Source: Anaeromyxobacteraceae bacterium
GTDB taxonomy: Bacteria > Myxococcota > Myxococcia > Myxococcales > Anaeromyxobacteraceae
Length of the DNA: 64,000 bases
Direction: 5' to 3'
Assembly (NCBI GenBank): GCA_032654565.1
Contig: JAULAX010000007.1
Coordinates: forward strand, 1-64,000
Shown here: positions 38,107 through 48,972 of the stretch, piece after piece
How the letters are laid out: every line of letters starts with the position of its first letter
Numbering within the stretch: the first letter of the stretch is position 1
Notes under the pieces: generated by a model
Told to the model about the DNA's origin: nothing
The model's database searches: none
The model's input: only the letters and a program-made list of their open reading frames with translations
Translations under genes and position numbers: made by a program

Positions 38107-38928
38107 ATGGCTCCCCTCGAGACCTACCTGTCGAGCCAGGCGGTCGGGGATCTGCTGCCCTGGACGGCGCAGCAGGCGGCCATGGCCCGTTTCGCCCTCG
38201 GCTGCGCCGAGGTGGAGGCGGCGGCCCTCGCCATGGGCCTGCTCCCGGCCCGCTACCAGCGCAACCGCCGGACCATCCCCATCGCCGGCCAGCTGAGGCT
38301 GCTGCGCAGCCGGGTGGCTGTGATCGGCTGCGGCGGCCTGGGGGGCTACGCCATCGAGCAGCTGGCCCGCCTCGGCGTCGGTCGGCTGGTGGCCATCGAC
38401 CCGGATCACTTCGAGGAGCACAACCTCAACCGCCAGCTGCTCTCCTCGCTGGCCGACCTGGGGAGGGCCAAGGTCGAGGTGGCGGTGGCCCGGGTGGCCG
38501 CCATCAACCCGGCGGTGGCGGTGACGCCACACCGTGTGGCGCTGGGGACGCAGAACGGTGCAGCGCTGCTGGCCGGCGTCGACGTGGTCATCGACGCCCT
38601 CGACAGCATCCCGGTGCGGCGGGAGCTGGCGGCGGTCTGCGGCGCCCTCGGCGTCCCGCTGGTCCACGGCGCCATCGGCGGGTGGTACGGCCACGTCGCC
38701 ACCCAGTTCCCCGGGGAGCGGACCATCGAGCAGCTCTACGGCAACGGCACCGAGACCAAGGGGATGGAGGTGGAGCTGGGCAACCCGTCCTTCACGCCGG
38801 CGGTGATCGCCAGCCTGCAGGTCGCCGAGACCTGCAAGGTGCTGCTCGGGGTGGGGCTGCCGCTGCGCGGCCGCCACCTCCACGTCGACCTCTGGAGCAT
38901 GGAGTTCCTCGAGCTCTCCAGCTCGTGA
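38107..38928 (+). CDS. HesA/MoeB/ThiF-family E1-like adenylyltransferase
   Basis: RYQRN, VIGCGGLGG, D.D.FEEHNLNRQ, DALD; no CxxC zinc motifs. Confidence 0.9.
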   Translation: MAPLETYLSSQAVGDLLPWTAQQAAMARFALGCAEVEAAALAMGLLPARYQRNRRTIPIAGQLRLLRSRVAVIGCGGLGGYAIEQLARLGVGRLVAIDPDHFEEHNLNRQLLSSLADLGRAKVEVAVARVAAINPAVAVTPHRVALGTQNGAALLAGVDVVIDALDSIPVRRELAAVCGALGVPLVHGAIGGWYGHVATQFPGERTIEQLYGNGTETKGMEVELGNPSFTPAVIASLQVAETCKVLLGVGLPLRGRHLHVDLWSMEFLELSSS

Positions 38929-38934
38929 CCGCGC

Positions 38935-40317
38935 TCAGCTGGAGAAGCCGATCCCCATCTTCTCCAGCAGCCGGAGCATGACGCTGGGCTCCTCGCCCCG
39001 GTCCACCTTGCGCAGGTCGCGGGTCACCGCGTCCACCGCCCAGCCGCGCAGCGGCTCGGGCGGGTAGGGCATGGGCTTCCGGGTCACCAGCGACAGCGAG
39101 AGCAGCTCGCTGGGGCGCTCCAGCACCAGGTGGGCCAGGATCTTCCCGGCCACCCGGGTGCTCCCCAGCCCGTGGCCGGTGAAGCCGAGCCCGTACCAGG
39201 CCCGGCCGCCCAGCGCCTTGCCGAAGAAGGGGGTGAGCCGGGTGGTGGAGCAGATGGGGCCGCCCCAGGCATAGGGCCACTCGATCTGGGCCAGCTGCGG
39301 GAAGGTGCGCCGCCAGCTGGCCTGGAGCGCCTGGTAGTGGCGCGGCGAGTGATCGCAGGACTCGTCGACCCGGTTGCCACGGTAGTAGGTGGCCTCGCTG
39401 GTCCCCCAGAGCACCCGGCCGTCGGCGGTGGGGCGGTAGTAGTTGAAGAAGGTGCGGCCGTCGGTGATCCCCTGCCGCCCCTTCCAGCCGATCGACTCCC
39501 ACTGCGCGGCGCTGAGCGGCTCGCTGACCATGATGTAGTCGTAGAGCGGGATGAAGCGGTGGCGCACCTGCGGCAGCAGGTGGTGGGTGTAGGCGCTGGT
39601 GCCGAGCACGGCGCGACGGGCCTTGAGGGTGGTGCCGTTGGCGGTGAGCCGTACCCCGGCGCCGTCCTCCTCGATGGTCTCCACCCGGGTGCGCTCGAAG
39701 ACCCGCACCCCGAGCCGCTCGGCCTCGCGCCGCAGCCCGTCGGTCATGCGGGCCGGGTCCATGATGCCGCCGCCGCGCACCTCCAGGCCGCCGATGTAGA
39801 GCGGGGAGTGGACCTCGGCCTGCATCTCCTCGCGGGTGAGCACCCGGTGCGAGTCGATGCCCAGGCTCCTGGCGATGTCGAGGTTTCGCTGCGCCTCGAC
39901 CAGGTGGGCCTCGGTGAAGGAGGCCATGAAGCGGCCGGTGGGCTGGTAGTCGCACTGGATGTCGCGGTCGCGCAGGAAGTCGACCAGCTCCCGCACGTTG
40001 CTCTCGCCCAGGGCGGCCAGCCGCGCCGCCTCGGCCTCGCCGAAGTGCTGGATGGCCAGCCCGTGGGTGTGGTCGATGGTCTCGGCCAGCATGCCGGCGT
40101 TGCGGCCGCTGGCCCCCCAGGCGGCGATCCCCTGCTCCACCAGCGCCACCTCGCGCCCCGGGTCGAGCTCCTTCAGGAAGAGCGCCGTCCAGAGGCCGGT
40201 CAGCCCGCCGCCGATGACCACGATGTCGGTCTCGACGGGTGACTGCAGCGGGGTGACCTGGTGCCCGGGGAGCTGGGCCAGCCAGTAGCAGGCCTCTTCG
40301 ATGGGGCGGGTGGCCAT
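38935..40317 (-). CDS. FAD-dependent oxidoreductase (PuuB/DAO-like)
   Basis: IGGGLTGLWTA, GASGRNAG, YYRPT.DGRVLWG, YAWGG, GFTGHG. Confidence 0.88.
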   Translation of the reverse strand: MATRPIEEACYWLAQLPGHQVTPLQSPVETDIVVIGGGLTGLWTALFLKELDPGREVALVEQGIAAWGASGRNAGMLAETIDHTHGLAIQHFGEAEAARLAALGESNVRELVDFLRDRDIQCDYQPTGRFMASFTEAHLVEAQRNLDIARSLGIDSHRVLTREEMQAEVHSPLYIGGLEVRGGGIMDPARMTDGLRREAERLGVRVFERTRVETIEEDGAGVRLTANGTTLKARRAVLGTSAYTHHLLPQVRHRFIPLYDYIMVSEPLSAAQWESIGWKGRQGITDGRTFFNYYRPTADGRVLWGTSEATYYRGNRVDESCDHSPRHYQALQASWRRTFPQLAQIEWPYAWGGPICSTTRLTPFFGKALGGRAWYGLGFTGHGLGSTRVAGKILAHLVLERPSELLSLSLVTRKPMPYPPEPLRGWAVDAVTRDLRKVDRGEEPSVMLRLLEKMGIGFSS

Positions 40318-40324
40318 GTGCGCC

Positions 40325-41656
40325 TCAGCCCCGCACGGCCTTGTCGGTGATCTCCAGGCCGCGGTCGATGATGGCCACCGCCTCGCGGAGCTGGGCCTCG
40401 GTGATGGTGAGCGGGGGGTTGGTGTAGAAGCTGTTCCAGCGCACCATGGTGTAGAGCCCCTCCTGGCGGAAGAAGCGCCCCAGCGCCGCCATCTCCTCGG
40501 AGGTGCCGTTGTAGGGGGCCATGGGCTCCATGGTCTTCCGGTCGCGCACCAGCTCGACGATCCCGAAGAGGCCGATGGAGCGCACCGCGCCCACCGAGGG
40601 GTGGCGGGCCGCCACCTCGGCCATCAGCCGCTTCATGACCAGGCCGGTGGCCTTGGCCTTCTCGATGAGCCCGTCCTCCTCGTAGACCTGGATGGCGGCC
40701 AGCGCCGCGGCGCAGCCGACCGGGTGGCTGTTGTAGGTGAGGCCGCCGTAGAAGACCTTGTCCTTGAAGTGGTCGGCGATGGCGCGGCGCATCCCCACCG
40801 CCCCCAGCGGCACGTAGGAGGAGGTCAGCCCCTTGGCCATGGTGATGAGGTCCGGGACCACCTTCCAGTGGTCGACCGCGAACCAGGCGCCGGTGCGGCC
40901 GAAGCCGGCCATCACCTCGTCGGCGATCATGAGGATGCCGTACTTGGTGCAGAGCGCCCGCACCCCCTCCAGGTAGCCGTCGGGCGGGATGAGGATGCCG
41001 TTGGTGCCGGTCACCGTCTCCAGGATGAAGGCGGCGATGGTGTGCGGCCCCTCCAGCTGGATGATCTCCTCGAGGTTGGCCAGCGCCGAGGCGGCGTCCT
41101 CCCAGCCGCGCTGGATGCCGTGGTACGGGTCGGTGACGCGGACCACCCCGGGCATGCCCGGCTCGGTGATCCAGCGGCGCGGGTCGCCGGTGAGGGCGAT
41201 GGCCCCGGCGGTGGCGCCGTGGTAGCTGCGGTAGCGGGCCATGATCTTCTGCCGGCCGGTGAACTGGCGGGCCAGCTTGATGGCGTTCTCGTTGGCCTCG
41301 GCGCCGCCGTTGGTGAAGAAGAAGACGTCGATGTCGCCGGGGCAGAGCTCGGCCAGCTTGGCGCCGAGACGGGCCCGCGGCGCGGTGGCCATGAAGGGGT
41401 TGGCGAAGTCGAGGGTCTCGAGCTGCGCGGTGATGGCCTTGATGATGCGCGGCTCACCGTGGCCGGCGTTCACCGACATCAGCTGGCTGTTGAAGTCGAT
41501 GAAGCGCTTCCCCTCCGGCGTGTAGAAGTAGATGCCCTCGGCGCGGGCCACCGGGATGGGGTCGACCTTGGACTGGGCCGACCACTCGTAGAGGGTGTGC
41601 TGCTTGGTGAGGGCGACGATCTGGTCGCCGCTCAGCGCGGTCGGCGTGGTGGTCAT
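40325..41656 (-). CDS. class III PLP aminotransferase (omega-amino acid; beta-alanine/taurine-like)
   Basis: SYHG, DEVMAGFGRTG, MAKGLTS.YVPLG, GLTYNSHP; follows mmsA. Confidence 0.9.
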   Translation of the reverse strand: MTTTPTALSGDQIVALTKQHTLYEWSAQSKVDPIPVARAEGIYFYTPEGKRFIDFNSQLMSVNAGHGEPRIIKAITAQLETLDFANPFMATAPRARLGAKLAELCPGDIDVFFFTNGGAEANENAIKLARQFTGRQKIMARYRSYHGATAGAIALTGDPRRWITEPGMPGVVRVTDPYHGIQRGWEDAASALANLEEIIQLEGPHTIAAFILETVTGTNGILIPPDGYLEGVRALCTKYGILMIADEVMAGFGRTGAWFAVDHWKVVPDLITMAKGLTSSYVPLGAVGMRRAIADHFKDKVFYGGLTYNSHPVGCAAALAAIQVYEEDGLIEKAKATGLVMKRLMAEVAARHPSVGAVRSIGLFGIVELVRDRKTMEPMAPYNGTSEEMAALGRFFRQEGLYTMVRWNSFYTNPPLTITEAQLREAVAIIDRGLEITDKAVRG

Positions 41657-41670
41657 GTGGTGCTCCCTGG

Positions 41671-43164
<1,494 letters not shown>

Positions 43165-43217
43165 GCTCGTCCCTGCGCTTTCGGTGGGTGGAGGAGGCGA
43201 CCGGCCAAGGGTAGCGA

Positions 43218-43235
43218 TGTGTAGTATATTAATCA
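43218..43235. promoter_or_regulatory. candidate PuuR-type operator in the divergent promoter
   Basis: TGTGTAGTATATTAATCA, an imperfect palindrome (12/18) forming a conspicuous AT island. Confidence 0.55.
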
Positions 43236-43283
43236 AGTGAGTTGAGATATGGGACAGTGGTCCCGCCCCGGAAGAGGAGCACC

Positions 43284-43874
43284 ATGAGCCCGAGGAAGCC
43301 CCGCGCCACCCCCGCCAAGACCCCGCCGCCGTTCGACATCGGCGAGCGGCTGCGCCAGCTCCGGGCCCGGCTCGGGCTCTCGCAGCGGGCCCTGGCGACC
43401 CGGGCTGGCGTCACCAACGGGATGATCTCGCTCATCGAGAAGAACCGCAGCAGCCCCTCGGTGGCCACGCTCAAGAAGATCCTCGACGGCCTCTCCATGT
43501 CGCTGGCCGAGTTCTTCGCGGTGGGGCCGCCCGAGCAGGACAAGCTCTTCTTCCGCGCCGACGAGCTGGTGGAGATCGGCGGCGGCGCCATCTCCTACCG
43601 CCAGGTGGGCTCCAGCCTGCGGGGCAAGGCGCTGCAGCTGCTCCACGAGCGGCTCAAGCCCGGCGCCGACACCGGCGCCGCCATGCTGCGCCACGAGGGC
43701 GAGGAGGCCGGGGTGGTGGTCCGCGGCCAGATCGAGCTGACCGTGGGCGCCGTCACCCGGGTGCTGCGGGCCGGCGACGCCTACGCCTTCGAGAGCAGCG
43801 TCCCCCACCGCTTCCGCAACCTCGGCGGCGAGACCTGCGAGATCGTCAGCGCCTGCACCCCGCCCTCCTTCTAG
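43284..43874 (+). CDS. puuR: PuuR-like XRE-HTH/cupin repressor
   Basis: [51 protein letters not shown]. Confidence 0.85.
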   Translation: MSPRKPRATPAKTPPPFDIGERLRQLRARLGLSQRALATRAGVTNGMISLIEKNRSSPSVATLKKILDGLSMSLAEFFAVGPPEQDKLFFRADELVEIGGGAISYRQVGSSLRGKALQLLHERLKPGADTGAAMLRHEGEEAGVVVRGQIELTVGAVTRVLRAGDAYAFESSVPHRFRNLGGETCEIVSACTPPSF

Positions 43875-43885
43875 GACCACCGCCC

Positions 43886-44881
43886 GTGACCTCCCCCCCT
43901 TCATCGCCGCAGGGCGAGCGCCGCCGCACCGCGCTCCGGGCCAGCCTGGCGCTGGCCGGCTCGGCCGCCTGCTGGGGCCTGTCCACCGTGGCCACCAAGG
44001 GACAGCTCGGCGCGGTGCCGCCCATGCCCATGCTGGTGATCCAGCTCTGCGCCAGCGTCGCCTTCCTCTGGACGGCGGTGCTGGTCACCCGCGCCCCGGT
44101 CCGGCTCGACCGGGCGGCGCTGCGCGCCTCGCTGAGCGGCCTGCTCGAGCCCGGACTGGCCCACACCTTCGGCACCGCCGGCCTGGCCCTCACCACCGCC
44201 AGCGCCACCACGCTCATCGCCGCGACCGAAGCCCCGGCCACCGTGCTGCTGGCCTGGCTCTTCCTGCGCGAGCGGATCGGCCCGAAGACCCTGCTGGTGG
44301 CGGCGGTGGCCGGGCTCGGCGTCGGCCTGGTCATCCTGCCGGACCTGGACGGCCTGGGGGGCGGGTCGCTGGCCGGCGACGGGCTGGTCGGCGTGGCCAC
44401 GCTGCTGGCCGCCGTCTACGTCATCGTCTCGCGGCGGCTCATCGGCGGGATGGCGGCGCTGCCGCTGGTGACGCTGCAGCAGACCGTGGGGCTGCTCTGG
44501 GCGGCGCTGGCGCTGCTCGTCGCCGCCGCGCTCGGCTGGGTGCCGCTGGGGCTGGCCGGGCTCTCGCCGCGCACCATCGCCCTGGCCGCCCTGACCGGCG
44601 TGCTCCAGTACGCCGTGGCCTTCTGGCTCTGGCTCATCGGGCTGCGCCACCTGCCGGCCAGCCGCGCCACCCTCTTCCTGGCGCTGATCCCGGTCTTCGG
44701 GGTCGCCGGCGGGTCGCTGGCGCTCGGCGAGCGGCTCGGCCCCACCCAGTGGATCGGCGCCGCGGTGGTGCTGGCGGCGGTGCAGGCGCTGGTTCGCCGG
44801 GAGCCCGACGCGCCGCCCGACCCTCGCGATCCTGCCTCAGCTGACCCACCGTTGAACCTCCAGGGAGAGACCACCACATGA
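43886..44881 (+). CDS. EamA/DMT-family transporter
   Basis: Ten TM helices in two repeats, LFLRER and LGERL. Confidence 0.88.
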   Translation: MTSPPSSPQGERRRTALRASLALAGSAACWGLSTVATKGQLGAVPPMPMLVIQLCASVAFLWTAVLVTRAPVRLDRAALRASLSGLLEPGLAHTFGTAGLALTTASATTLIAATEAPATVLLAWLFLRERIGPKTLLVAAVAGLGVGLVILPDLDGLGGGSLAGDGLVGVATLLAAVYVIVSRRLIGGMAALPLVTLQQTVGLLWAALALLVAAALGWVPLGLAGLSPRTIALAALTGVLQYAVAFWLWLIGLRHLPASRATLFLALIPVFGVAGGSLALGERLGPTQWIGAAVVLAAVQALVRREPDAPPDPRDPASADPPLNLQGETTT

Positions 44882-46176
44882 AGAACTGGCAGAAGAACCA
44901 GGAAGTCCAGAAGCGGGCGGAGCGCGTGCTGCCGCTGGGCGTCAACTCCAACTTCAGGTACTGGGGCGAGGGGCTGACCCCCTACGTCAAGCGGGCCAAG
45001 GGCGCCCACCTGTGGGACGTCGGCGGCAACCAGTTCATCGACTACCGGCTGGCCTTCGGCCCCATCATCCTCGGCCACGCCTTCGACGCCGTCGACCAGA
45101 AGGTCATCGAGGAGGTGAAGAGCGGCGTGCTCTTCGCCATGACCGGCGAGCTGGAGATCGAGGTCGCCGAGATGATCGTGGAGATGTGCCCGGCGGTGGA
45201 GATGGTCCGCATGGCCTGCTCCGGCACCGAGGCCACCATGCACGCCGTCCGGGTGGCGCGGGCCTTCACCGGCCGCGAGCTGCTGGTGAAGTTCGAGGGC
45301 AACTACCACGGCTTCCAGGACAACACCCTCTGGAGCACCTACGCGCCGGCCGAGGCCTACGGCAACCGCCGCAGCCCCATCCCCATCGCCGCCTCCTCGG
45401 GCATCCCCCGCGTCCTCGGCGAGAAGATCATCACCTTGCCCTTCAACGACTTCGAGGGGCTGGAGCGGGTGATGCGCACCCACGGCGACCAGGTCGCCGC
45501 GGTGATCAGCGAGCCCTGCCAGGGCAACTGCGGCGCCATCCAGGCCCTGCCGGGCTTCCTCGAGCTGATCCGGAAGCTGACCACCGAGCACGGCGCCCTC
45601 TTCATCCTCGACGAGGTGAAGACCGGCTTCCGCATCGCCAACGGCGGCGCCCAGGAGCTGCTCGGGGTCCGCCCCGACCTCGCCACCTACGCCAAGGCGC
45701 TGGGCAACGGCTACCCGGTGGCGGCGCTGGGCGGCAAGCGCGAGATCATGCAGATCATCGGCCACGGCGTGGCGGTGGGCGGGACCTACACCAACAACAA
45801 GCCCGGCATCGCCGGGGCCTGGGCCACCCTGAAGATCCTCAAGGCCGAGCCGGTCATCGAGACCATCAACCGGCGCGGGACCAGGCTCATCGAGGGGCTG
45901 AAGAAGATCTTCAAGGAGAACGGCATCCAGGCCGTGTTCAGCGGCTTCCCCGGGATGTTCGCCTTCGCCGTCGGGCTGGACGCGGTCACCTGCCAGCGCG
46001 ACTGGGCCAGGAGCGACCGCGACTACCTGCTGCGCCTGGCCGAGGCGGCCATGGAGCGCGGGGTGATGCCGGACTACGACCCCCGCGAGCCCTGGTTCCT
46101 CTGCTACTCGCACACCGAGGCGGACATCGACAGGACGCTCGAGGTCTACGCCGAGATCGTCAAGACGGTGAAGTAG
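44878..46176 (+). CDS. class III aminotransferase, glutamate-1-semialdehyde aminomutase-like
   Basis: GVNSNFR, GPIILGH, SGTEATM, KFEGNYHG, DEVKTGFR, YAKALGNGYP. Confidence 0.88.
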   Translation: MKNWQKNQEVQKRAERVLPLGVNSNFRYWGEGLTPYVKRAKGAHLWDVGGNQFIDYRLAFGPIILGHAFDAVDQKVIEEVKSGVLFAMTGELEIEVAEMIVEMCPAVEMVRMACSGTEATMHAVRVARAFTGRELLVKFEGNYHGFQDNTLWSTYAPAEAYGNRRSPIPIAASSGIPRVLGEKIITLPFNDFEGLERVMRTHGDQVAAVISEPCQGNCGAIQALPGFLELIRKLTTEHGALFILDEVKTGFRIANGGAQELLGVRPDLATYAKALGNGYPVAALGGKREIMQIIGHGVAVGGTYTNNKPGIAGAWATLKILKAEPVIETINRRGTRLIEGLKKIFKENGIQAVFSGFPGMFAFAVGLDAVTCQRDWARSDRDYLLRLAEAAMERGVMPDYDPREPWFLCYSHTEADIDRTLEVYAEIVKTVK

Positions 46177-46234
46177 GTCCGGCCCGCCCCCCGGAGTCGC
46201 CAGCCCGGGGGGCTGCCGGCCGCTCGACGGCCGC

Positions 46235-47488
46235 TCAGGTCGGGAAGCCCCACCCCGCCTTGCGGGTCGCCACCACCTTCATCTTCCGCACCGCGAGCCG
46301 CGCGAAGAACGGCGCGCAGGGGACCGCCACCTCCGGCGGGACCGCCCCGGTGGCGGTGATCTCGCCGGCCGCCAGCATCTGCGCGGCGACGGCCGGCGGC
46401 GAGCCGGTGTCGATGTCGAGGCCGACGCCCCACGCCGGCATGCCGCGGGTGTGGAGGTCGACCACCCAGGTGACCTTCCTTCCCATGGCGAGCCCCTTCA
46501 CGACGGAGCGGACCACCTCGTACTGCCTGAGCGGGCCCACCTGGCGCGCCGGCGGCTGGCTCATGGCCACCCGGTCGACCACGTCGATGGGGCGGACCCG
46601 GGTGCCGGTGAGATCGATCGGCTCGTGCGAGGCCAGCCCCAGGTCGCGCAGGAAGCGGACCTTCTGCAGGAAGTCCGGGTCGAAGGCGATCTTGAAGCTC
46701 ACCTCGCGGATCCCGCGCGCCGCGTAGGAGAGCGGCAGCGTCGCCACCTCGGAGTGGATGGTGTACATGGGCCGGCGCAGCCCGACCGGCGCCGGGAAGC
46801 GGTGCGGCAGGTCGCCCGACATCGGCTCGACGAAGGTGAACCGCCCCCTGGTGAAGACGGCCGGCTCCATGGAGAACTCCTCCAGGATGGTCTTCAGGGA
46901 GTAGGCGACCGGGAGCGCCTGCTGCGGCCGGTAGCGGGTGGCGTCCATGCCGCCGACGCGGCAGTGGATCTCCCGCACCTCGTCGAGCTGCTCGGCCCCG
47001 TGGCGCGCCAGCAGGTTGGTGATCCCGGGCGCCGCCCCCATGCCGAGCAGGGCCACCCGGCCGGCCGCCTTGAAGCGGGCGTCGAGCTCGAGCTGCGTGC
47101 GGGTGACGTGGAAGAGGCCGCCCATGTCGACGTAGTGGGCTCCGGCCGCCAGGGCCGCCTCCATGACCGCCAGGTTGTGCTGGTACTGGACGGCGTTGAT
47201 CACCACCAGCGCCCCGGAGAGCGCGGCGGCGGACCCGGCGGTGTCGCGCACGTCGACGCGGACCGCGCGCAGCCGGGGCCGGCCGGCCCCCTGCAGCGAG
47301 GCCACCAGCGCCTCCGCCTTCCCGAGGTCGTAGTCGGCGACCAGGACCTCGTCGGTGACCGCGCAGGTCTCCACGAGATCGCGGACGGTGATCCGCCCCA
47401 TGGCCCCGGCCCCGCCGACGACGGCGAAGGTGCGGGGGGTGCTCCCGGCCGGCTCGCGCCGCGCCGCCGCCGCTGCACGCCGGCTCAC
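46235..47488 (-). CDS. saccharopine dehydrogenase / lysine 6-dehydrogenase / carboxyspermidine dehydrogenase-family NAD(P) enzyme
   Basis: VVGGAGAMG, HYVDMGG, GMGAAPGITN, HSEVATLP, GAVPPE; GTG start overlapping the ALDH stop. Confidence 0.85.
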   Translation of the reverse strand: MSRRAAAAARREPAGSTPRTFAVVGGAGAMGRITVRDLVETCAVTDEVLVADYDLGKAEALVASLQGAGRPRLRAVRVDVRDTAGSAAALSGALVVINAVQYQHNLAVMEAALAAGAHYVDMGGLFHVTRTQLELDARFKAAGRVALLGMGAAPGITNLLARHGAEQLDEVREIHCRVGGMDATRYRPQQALPVAYSLKTILEEFSMEPAVFTRGRFTFVEPMSGDLPHRFPAPVGLRRPMYTIHSEVATLPLSYAARGIREVSFKIAFDPDFLQKVRFLRDLGLASHEPIDLTGTRVRPIDVVDRVAMSQPPARQVGPLRQYEVVRSVVKGLAMGRKVTWVVDLHTRGMPAWGVGLDIDTGSPPAVAAQMLAAGEITATGAVPPEVAVPCAPFFARLAVRKMKVVATRKAGWGFPT

Positions 47489-48969
47489 GTGACCTCCCGC
47501 TGCTTGTTGGGGAACCAGAAGGACTTCACCTCCTGGACGTAGTCGATGTGCACGTGCTTGGGCTCGCGGAAGGCGTCCAGCCCCTCCTCGCCCAGCTCGC
47601 GCCCCACCCCGCTCCAGCGCATGCCGCCGAACGGCCCGGCGTCGTTGTCGGTGAGCGGGTCGTTCACCCAGAAGGTGCCGGCCTTGATGTTGTCCATGGC
47701 GCGCAGGGCCAGCTCCAGGCTGCGGGTGTAGACCACCGCCCCGAGGCCGTAGTTGGAGTCGTTGGCCATGCGGATGGCGTCGTCGGCGTCCTCGGCCACG
47801 ATCAGCGAGATGACCGGGCCGAAGATCTCCTCGGTGGTGGGCAGGCTGCCGTGGCGCACCTCGCCGAGGACGGTGGGGGCGAAGAAGCAGCCCGGCCCGG
47901 GCAGCGGCGCGCCGCCCAGCAGCAGGCGGGCCCCCTGCTCCAGGGTCCGCCGCACCTGGTCGGCCACCCGGGTCACCGCCGCGGCGCTGATGAGCGGGCC
48001 GACGTCGGTGGCGCCGTCGAGGGGGTCGCCCACCACCAGCGTCTTGACGTACTCGACCAGCCGGCGGGTGAACTCCGGGGCGATCTCCTTGACCAGGTAG
48101 ATGCGCTTCGAGGAGGTGCAGACCTGGCCGGCGTTGAGCAGCCGCGCCCAGGCCACCGCCTTCACCGCCACCTCGAGGTCGGCGTCGGCGAAGACGATGA
48201 ACGGATCGATGCCCCCCAGCTCCAGGTTCACCTTCTTGAGCTGCCGCCCCGCCTCGGCGGCGATGTGGCGCCCCACCGCGGTGGAGCCGGTGAAGGCCAC
48301 CAGGTCGACGCCGGGGTGCTGCAGCAGCGCCTCGCCGGCGCCGGCCCCGTCGCCGGTGACCACGTTGACCACGCCGGGCGGCAGCAGCTGGTAGGCCCGG
48401 GCCATCATCAGGTTGGAGAGCGGGTTCTGGTGGGGCGGCTTGCAGACCACGGTGTTGCCGGCGGCCAGCGCCGGGGCCACCTTCCAGGCCATCAACAGCA
48501 GCGGGAAGTTGAAGGGGACGATGGCCGCCACCACGCCGTAGGGCTCCTTGATGGTGAAGTTGAGCTGGTGCGGCGCCACCGGCGGGATGGAGTTGCCCCG
48601 GCTGCTGCGCCCCACCTCGGCGTAGTACTCGAAGCAGGCGGCCACCCACTCGATGCAGTCCATGGCCTCGATGAGCGGCTTGCCGGTCTCGCGCGCCATC
48701 AGCGTGGCCAGCTCCTTTCCCATGTGCCGGATGGCCTCGCCGACCTGGCGCAGCACCACCGCCTTCTCGGCGCCCGGCTTGCGCCCCCACTCGCCCTGCG
48801 CCGCCCGGGCGGCCCGCACCGCCCGGTCGACGTCCTCGGCCCCGCAGTCGGCGGCCAGGCCGAGCAGCGCGCCGGTGGCCGGGTTGCGGATCTCACGCGT
48901 CAGGTTCGACCGCGCCGCCTCCCACCGGCCGTCGATGAGGATGGGGGCGGTCTCGTCGATGCCGGGCAT
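47485..48969 (-). CDS. aldehyde dehydrogenase (aminoaldehyde/betaine-aldehyde-like)
   Basis: PFNFP, FTGSTAVG, LELGG, NAGQVC, EEIFGP, PFGG..WSG.GRELG. Confidence 0.93.
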   Translation of the reverse strand: MPGIDETAPILIDGRWEAARSNLTREIRNPATGALLGLAADCGAEDVDRAVRAARAAQGEWGRKPGAEKAVVLRQVGEAIRHMGKELATLMARETGKPLIEAMDCIEWVAACFEYYAEVGRSSRGNSIPPVAPHQLNFTIKEPYGVVAAIVPFNFPLLLMAWKVAPALAAGNTVVCKPPHQNPLSNLMMARAYQLLPPGVVNVVTGDGAGAGEALLQHPGVDLVAFTGSTAVGRHIAAEAGRQLKKVNLELGGIDPFIVFADADLEVAVKAVAWARLLNAGQVCTSSKRIYLVKEIAPEFTRRLVEYVKTLVVGDPLDGATDVGPLISAAAVTRVADQVRRTLEQGARLLLGGAPLPGPGCFFAPTVLGEVRHGSLPTTEEIFGPVISLIVAEDADDAIRMANDSNYGLGAVVYTRSLELALRAMDNIKAGTFWVNDPLTDNDAGPFGGMRWSGVGRELGEEGLDAFREPKHVHIDYVQEVKSFWFPNKQREVT

Positions 48970-48972
48970 GGC

